Shown here piece by piece: positions 51,107 through 64,000 of a stretch of DNA of 64,000 nucleotides. The position numbers and the translations under genes are program-made. Origin of the DNA: the human T2T-CHM13v2.0 reference genome, Homo sapiens. Below the pieces are notes generated by a model. That model made no database searches and had not been told where the DNA came from. It saw only the letters and a program-made list of their open reading frames with translations. Location of the stretch: the NCBI RefSeq assembly GCF_009914755.1, contig NC_060928.1; one strand, given 5' to 3'. Each line of letters opens with the position of its first letter. Positions within the stretch are counted from its first letter, which is position 1.

Positions 51107-53159
51107 GTTTTAGATTTTATAATGTATGATTTACAAAACAAGAATTTAAGTATTCCAATCTCTATAAATAATTTAAAACATTCCATAGATATTTTTCTTA
51201 AAATTTTTGACAGGGAATTTTACACTAGTCAATCTTTAACAGTTTTTATGTAAACACATAGCATTAGTGTTTATTTAGTTAGTTGTACCAACAGTATCAC
51301 TAGATATGGACTTTTTTGAAGACAAAAAATGTATACATACAAATAGAGTCAAAGATTAAAAATCACATATCAGTTATAACCTTTACATACCTCCAAATGG
51401 AAATATAACTATAATAAAAGAGCATTTATCATATATAAATATTCTTATGTGCTCTATTTTTATTTCGCATGTGATAAAATAATAGGTCTCCTTTCACCTT
51501 TGACACCTCTCCCTTTCATAAGGTAAAAATTATGAGCCTTGTCATTTGCCTTCCTCATGAGACTATCATAAGGATAAATGGAATAATATCCAGGCAGCAT
51601 GCATGGCTATTTAGTGAAAAGGCATTTTGCTAAAAACAAAGAGACTTGCAACTCCATGCACAGTATGACCTAGTGTTACAGTTAAATTGTAGAATTGAAT
51701 AGGTAAGTTGGTTTATTGTGAACACACAGCAGGAGTGTCAGATCCTTATCTATGCTGGCAATTCCACTGATTCTTCCCCAGCCTCTTAATGGTTTCTTTT
51801 TGTGTACAACCATATGGTGACAGTAAGCATGGCTTGACAGAGGGTCCAGCAGGGAAGTTGCATGATCTTTGACTTCTATATGCTAAACTTTGCCTTAGAT
51901 AATCCTTCATGGACTGACCTTTTAGATTAACTGCTGTAACTTTGGTTTTACAGTGCAAATATAAATGTGCTTCAGCCAACAATAGTCTGAGTTAGGATAA
52001 TATTCAGTCCACATATGTGGGGAAATAAAAGGATAAACACAATATCCTATGTTTGCTAGCTGAAAAAGAAAAACTACAGCCCAATATGAGTGTGTGTAAA
52101 ATGATCTTTAACTTATTTGAAAATGAATATATAAAAATCAATAAGGCAAAGATGTTTAATTTTCAGATGTGAAGTGAATTTTCAGATAGAGAAAGGCTAT
52201 TTAGCTTCTAAATAGCTTTGAATCCACTTCTATGTTTAGTGATTTATGGGGGGCTTTCCTCAATTCCAAATTCTTAAGTTTCCCAGTAGAAAATGAAAGA
52301 TGCAAAGCTGAGACCCTAGAAGGGTTTATATGAGGACTCCAAGTAAGAAATGTACATGGAATAAACACTTTATTAATATTTTTTTCCTTTTTCAAATTCT
52401 TTAAGCCCCTGCTAGTAAAACCTTGGCTATGATCTGTCATATATGTGGATTTCCTATATCACCATCACCATCTCAAGAAGTAAATTATTGTTTGAAGGAA
52501 ATTTAATAGATTCACATTATAATTAAAGTTATTCCATAAATTAAAACAATTAAAAGTTTACAATATACTGGGGCAGTTGGAGATGGGAAAATAGCTTTCA
52601 AAAATCCACGGAGGAGTTTGCATAAATCCAATCTAATGTGATCAGTTAGATAGCTTGACATAATGTTAACTTTTTCATTATTTTCCAAAAAAGCAAATAC
52701 AAATTTTGAGGGCTTTTAATGTTCACGCCAATTGTCAAATACTTGTAAGTGAGAAATTGCTGTCACCATTTTGCTGTTGGTTAGCAGCAATAGCTGTGTT
52801 AGTGAAACATCCATTTTTAATGAAGGCCTAGAATAATTTCGTGAGCTTCCTTTCTGCCACCTAGTCAGGAGAAAGTAGTTCTGAGAAACATAAATGATTA
52901 ATATAATACGACATTGAGTAGAAAACACATCTTAGTCATTTTTAGTGAGGGTAAATTTATGGAACCTCTTTATCCTTAATAACAAAACAAAACTTTGCTT
53001 AATCATGTTATTGCTTGAAATAAAGTTTTGCGCTTTCATAGAACTTTAACAGGACTTGTATCTAAAAATTTTTATTGTTCTTGTATAAAATACAAGTGTG
53101 ATGGTACTTCACTTTTATTATTCAAATTATGCATGTTTTTACCTCTGGATGGACTTCCT

Positions 53160-54810
53160 TCTTAAGTTTTTATGAAGAAGATCCAGTACATTTTCCATTT
53201 CTCTAAATGCGTCCTTATTTCCTGAAGTTGTGATTGTTTTTTATTTACTATTTCACTGAAGATTTCTCCCCTCATATCTTGTATCATTTTTTGGATTTCC
53301 ATAAGGTGGACTTCACCTTTCTCAGGTGCCTTCTTCATTAGCTTAATAATCAACCCTCTGAATTCTTTTTCTGGCAATTCAGAGATTTCTTTCTGGTTTC
53401 GATCCATTACTTCTGAGCTAGTATGATTATATGAGGGTGTTAAAGAACCTTGTTTTGTCATATTACCAGTGTTGTTTTTCTGGTTCCTTCTCATTGTATA
53501 GGGTATGTCAAGAGGGAAGATCTGGGGCTCAAGGCTGCTGTTCAGATTCTTTTATCCCACAGGGTTCTCCCTTGATGTAATACTCTCCTCCTTTTACAAA
53601 GGATGTGGCTTCCTGAGAGCTGAACTCTAGTGATATTGTTATTTCTCTTCCAGATCTAGTCACCCAGTAAGTAGGGCTAGCAGGCCCTTTGCTGGTACTG
53701 AGGGTTTCTGCATAGGGCCTTGTGATGCGGACCCTCTTCAGGTCTCTCAGCCATGGATACCAACACTTTCTCTGATGGAGGTGGCTGGGGAGGTAAAGGG
53801 ACTCTGTAAAAGCCCTTAGATGTATTATTGTTCTTTATTGTACTAGTTTTGTGCTGGTTGGCCTCCTGCCAGGAGGTGACACTTTCAAGAGCATCAGCTG
53901 TGGTAGTATAGGGAGGACCAGGCTGTGGGCTAGGCCCTAGAATTTGTAAGAGAATATTACCTTTGTCTTCAGCTACCAGAGTGGGTAGGGAAGGACCATC
54001 AAGTGGGGGTAGAATTAGACATGTCTGAGCTCAGATTCTCCTTGGGCGAGGCTTGCTGCCACCATTGTGGGGTTTGGGGGTGTGGTTCCCAGGTCAATGG
54101 AGTTAATGTTCCCAAAGGATTTTAGGTACCTCTGCTGTGCCATGCAGGTTGTCAGAGAAGGGGTGTTGGGGGGCGGGGGAGAAGCCGGAAGTTACAGACC
54201 TCACCCAGGTTCCACACAACCAAAAGGGCTGGTTTCACTCCCACTGTGCTCCCCACCGAACAGCACTGACTGAGTCTGTTTCCTGGCAGTGGGCAAGCAC
54301 GGCTGAGAACTTGCCCCAGGCTCTCAGCCTCCTGGAGAAAGCAAGCAGGGCTTTTGCTTCTCCCACTCTGCCAAGTCTGCACATCAGATTCAAGCCCTCC
54401 CCTGGGTTCTGGCCAGGAAACTTCACATTTGGTTGGGATTGTTACAAAGTTCTGCTAGAGGTTTGCTTCTCTCTGTGGTCTTTTTCCAGTTCCTCTGGCA
54501 GCCCTCCCCAGGGACCACTGAGACAAATCAGAAATGGCTTCCCTGGGGACCCAGAAGCCCACAGGGCTTTTTCCTGCTGCTTCCTCTAACCTGTATTTTG
54601 CTCGGCTCTCTAAGTTGTCTCAGATCCAGGTAAGGTCAAATCTTTCCATTACCTGTACCTTCAGGTTCCCCAGTGAGGGTGTGTGTTGAGGGGCTGATCA
54701 TCCCCCTTTCCTGCTTTCACAGTTTGAGCACTCCCAATATTTGGGCTGTCCCAGGAGTCCTGCAGGAACAATCTACTTTCTTTAAAGTGTCTGGGGATTT
54801 CTGGGTTCAT
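53160..54810 (-). mobile_element. L1PB 5'UTR plus ORF1 N-terminus only
   Basis: L1PB-type 5'UTR and ORF1 start MRRNQKNN...; no ORF2 or poly-A present. Confidence 0.85.
53162..53494 (-). pseudogene. Truncated L1 ORF1p N-terminal remnant (110 codons)
   Basis: MRRNQKNNTGNMTKQGSLTP...ELPEKEFRGLIIKL matches the L1PB ORF1p N-terminus and coiled-coil start. Confidence 0.8.
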
Positions 54811-54899
54811 TTGTTTGAAAAAATAAACCTGTATCTTACTTAAGCTACTGATGTTTTGGTTTTCTGTTACATGTGGCAATTTAACCTTTAAGTGATACA
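54811..54899 (+). mobile_element. MLT1 3'-end fragment
   Basis: aaataaacctgtatcttacttaagctactg...tttctgttac...tgataca. Confidence 0.55.
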
Positions 54900-54929
54900 G
54901 CAGTGGTATAGATGAGTACATGATGCCAA

Positions 54930-55302
54930 AGGAGCTCAACATTATTTTCAGGGCACACATTCCTTGTACAGCTCTGTTCTTTCATTCCTGAAAGTGGTTT
55001 TTATTTGCATGCTTGCAACATAGCAGTTGGTGTTCAAGATATCATATCTGCATCTCAGGCATAAAAAAGAGGAATATAAAGGGAAAAAAGGCAAAGGGGC
55101 AAGCCAATGTATCCGTTCTCCTTTACTAGATTTTAAACTTCAATGGCCTAATCTTTATCATGTGGCCACAGTTATCTGCATAAGAGAAAAAGAAATGTTA
55201 TAATTTAACTGGGCACATGTTCCATTCAAATAAAATTGATTTTTGTTAGTATGAAGAAGGGGAGGGTGAATTCTGGAGAGGTCATTTAACATTCTGTGTC
55301 AA
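54930..55302 (-). mobile_element. MLT1J-like LTR
   Basis: tcatgtggccacagttatctgc...ctgggcacatg...gttagtatgaagaaggggag. Confidence 0.65.
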
Positions 55303-55462
55303 ATGGCACTTTCTAATATGCATCAAAATATGCAAAAAAGTCCTTTAGGAAGAAATAGTGTGTGTTAATCATTTGTGCATCATCAGCAACTGACAAATGG
55401 AATACAACAAAAATAAAATACATGATAATTTTATTTATTAAATTAATAGAATCAGAGGCATC

Positions 55463-55510
55463 TACATTTGAAGATGCTATAACCATTTACATTTGAAGAT
55501 GCTATAACCA
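55463..55510. repeat. 25-bp-period tandem duplication
   Basis: tacatttgaagatgctataacca exact at 55463-55485 and 55488-55510. Confidence 0.95.
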
Positions 55511-55569
55511 ACTATGAGCTCATGATATTTCTTTACTTTGTATTACAAATTTGCTCTCATACAGTCAGA

Positions 55570-55805
55570 GATGGTGTCAGAAAGACCCCCTTTTAAATCT
55601 GGGTTTAACACTTTTTATATTTATTCTTAGCTGAACAATACAGACAAGTTTAAAAATCTCTCTGAGGTTTATTTTTCTCACTAAAAAAAAATCTGGGTGA
55701 TAAGATCTCCCTAAAAGGGTTACTGAAATTATTTAAAGTGACAACACCTGTAAAGTTCTGAAGACTATGCCTGACACATTACTATGCTAAGTAAATAGGC
55801 ACTTT
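55570..55805 (+). mobile_element. MIR
   Basis: gacaagtttaaaaatctctctgaggtttatttttctca...tgtaaagttctgaagactatgcctgacaca. Confidence 0.65.
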
Positions 55806-57689
55806 TAAGTATTGCGACCATAGCACAGAGTGAAAGACATTTATCTTTCTCTACTTTAGATTTTTTGACTAAATATTTTTTACCGAAAATAAAATATTTG
55901 GCTTTTACTATTATTAAAAATCATGAATGAAAAATGCATTTTTTATTCTTGATATTCCTGTGTTCCATAAAGTCAAATTTTGACAATAGAATAAAGACTA
56001 ACGTTCAGGATCATATTGTTCATATTCCTTTCTCCAGACAGAAGCTAATTAAATACCTGTGACTGAGAGTAAAATATATAAATTATATAACTAATCAGAT
56101 AATGAAATAACCACAGCAAAGGCTTATTTTTAAAAGTGTATGCCATGAGAACAATTTATATTTATTTCTTATTTAAATTCCACATGTGTGGAACTTATCT
56201 GCCCTTCGTATATTCTCCTTGGAACAAGTAAACAAGTGCCCTCACTGTCAGAGAGTAAAAACAAAAGCATCATTTGGATAACACAAGGAATATTTATATT
56301 CTAAAGACCTTAATTTTGTACAAAGAGTTACATAATGTATTAGTAGGGAGATAATATATATCTGCTCCTTATATTTAAATTTTAAAAAGTTTTTAATTAC
56401 TGACTTCATAAAAATCTGAAGTCACTGAACAAACACCAATAAAAATAGGTTTATGTAGTAGAAAGAGTAGACACAATCTTTCCTAATAGGGTGAGAGAGT
56501 CAGCAATCTTTGAAAATTTATTTATCCTCCTGGACTCAGGGGATGCTCAGGTAATTGAAAAAGAACACAATAATACTGAGTTTCTAATGGCATCAGCAAT
56601 TCTGCATACATGAAAACATTGAAACTGTAGTTAAATAATTATGGTACACGGCTTAGTGAACATAAACATAATGGCAGTGCTTCACAGCTTCTGAAGATAT
56701 TTTTACTATGCTTTTACACAAAATGATGGAGACTTTTATGTAAAGTTTGGGATTATAATTCACCATTTAATTTATATATTTGCCTACTGCCATAAAATCA
56801 AGCTAATCAATTTAGCTTCTAACAAGGTAATCTATTTTCCATATTCTTGCATATTCCCTTTTCTTCTGAAATGCATTTTAATATATGAGTTACATTAATT
56901 GAAATCCAGGTGATTCATCACAAGAGATCCCTGAATACTTGCTAGCTTTTTTGACATTCTCTAGCCAAACGATAAGTTTATTCTTGGGTAGTTATTTCTA
57001 ACCATCATGAGTATTTTCATTTCAAATGCTTTTTAATGGAATTATTGAAAAAAATAATTCACTAGTATCTAAATATAAGAAAAAATGGAGATCTTTGAGA
57101 ATGATATCTATACACAAAGTTAAGAACCAGGAGGAGAAAGACATAAAATTATGAAAAGATAAGAGGTAAAAATGTGGAAGCAGAAAAGAAAAATACCTAG
57201 AAAAGATCTATGTCTATGGGTGATAAGGATGGAAAGTAAGCATAGAAGAAAGTGAGTGAAGACAGACACATACAGATAAACTAAAAGTAATATTGCTCTA
57301 TGGGATAAGGCTTCAGAGAATGAAGTTGGTCACTATGTATGGAGTTTGGAGAGATTTAGAATGGAGCAGAGTATGCAGAATTGTTTATTAGTATGTTGTT
57401 GGTGAACTTTGTGAGGGTGCTTTTGGTAAATGACAATATACTATAGGCCAGTGAACTTAAAACTATACATATTTTAGCTTCCTGTTGGAAGAGTCCTAGA
57501 GATGATAATAGAAAATGAAGGCTTGGAAGAAAAGTTGAAGATGATGGGTGGTGACAACAGTAGAGAGATATTGAAAAACACTATTTACCCAGATGAAAAA
57601 GAACTTGAAATGTTTATCTGCTCATCATAGAGCTTTTCTCCTTTGACATTGTGTGATGGCTACATTTATTCATGAATTAAAAAAAATTC

Positions 57690-64000
<6,311 letters not shown>

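Overview
AT-rich primate genomic DNA, most likely human or another great ape given the AluJ/S/Y(e), LTR12C and L1PA/PB/MA content. It looks intergenic or deep-intronic. I find no supportable protein-coding gene, rRNA, tRNA or CRISPR array; the listed ORFs are L1/Alu/LTR remnants or chance ORFs. Much of the window is transposon-derived: a solo LTR12C with a 4-bp TSD; MER4- and LTR18-type solo LTRs nested 20 bp apart in an old MLT1; an ERV1 LTR at 19.3 kb; a long L1MA (+) carrying nested Alu and MADE1 insertions; an L1PB 5' fragment; an L1PA15/16-type element (-) running off the right end; nine Alus; and MIR, L2 and DNA-transposon fossils. The most striking non-repeat signal is a CpG-retaining unique segment at about 9.6-10.2 kb with four exact TTGCGTG motifs plus a fifth GCGTG core. 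These match the AHR:ARNT xenobiotic response element, so this is a candidate dioxin/AHR-responsive enhancer. There are also several local template-switch or duplication scars and a few candidate non-coding exons. Repeat subfamily names come from recalled consensus sequences, and boundaries of old repeats are approximate; both need RepeatMasker/Dfam confirmation.
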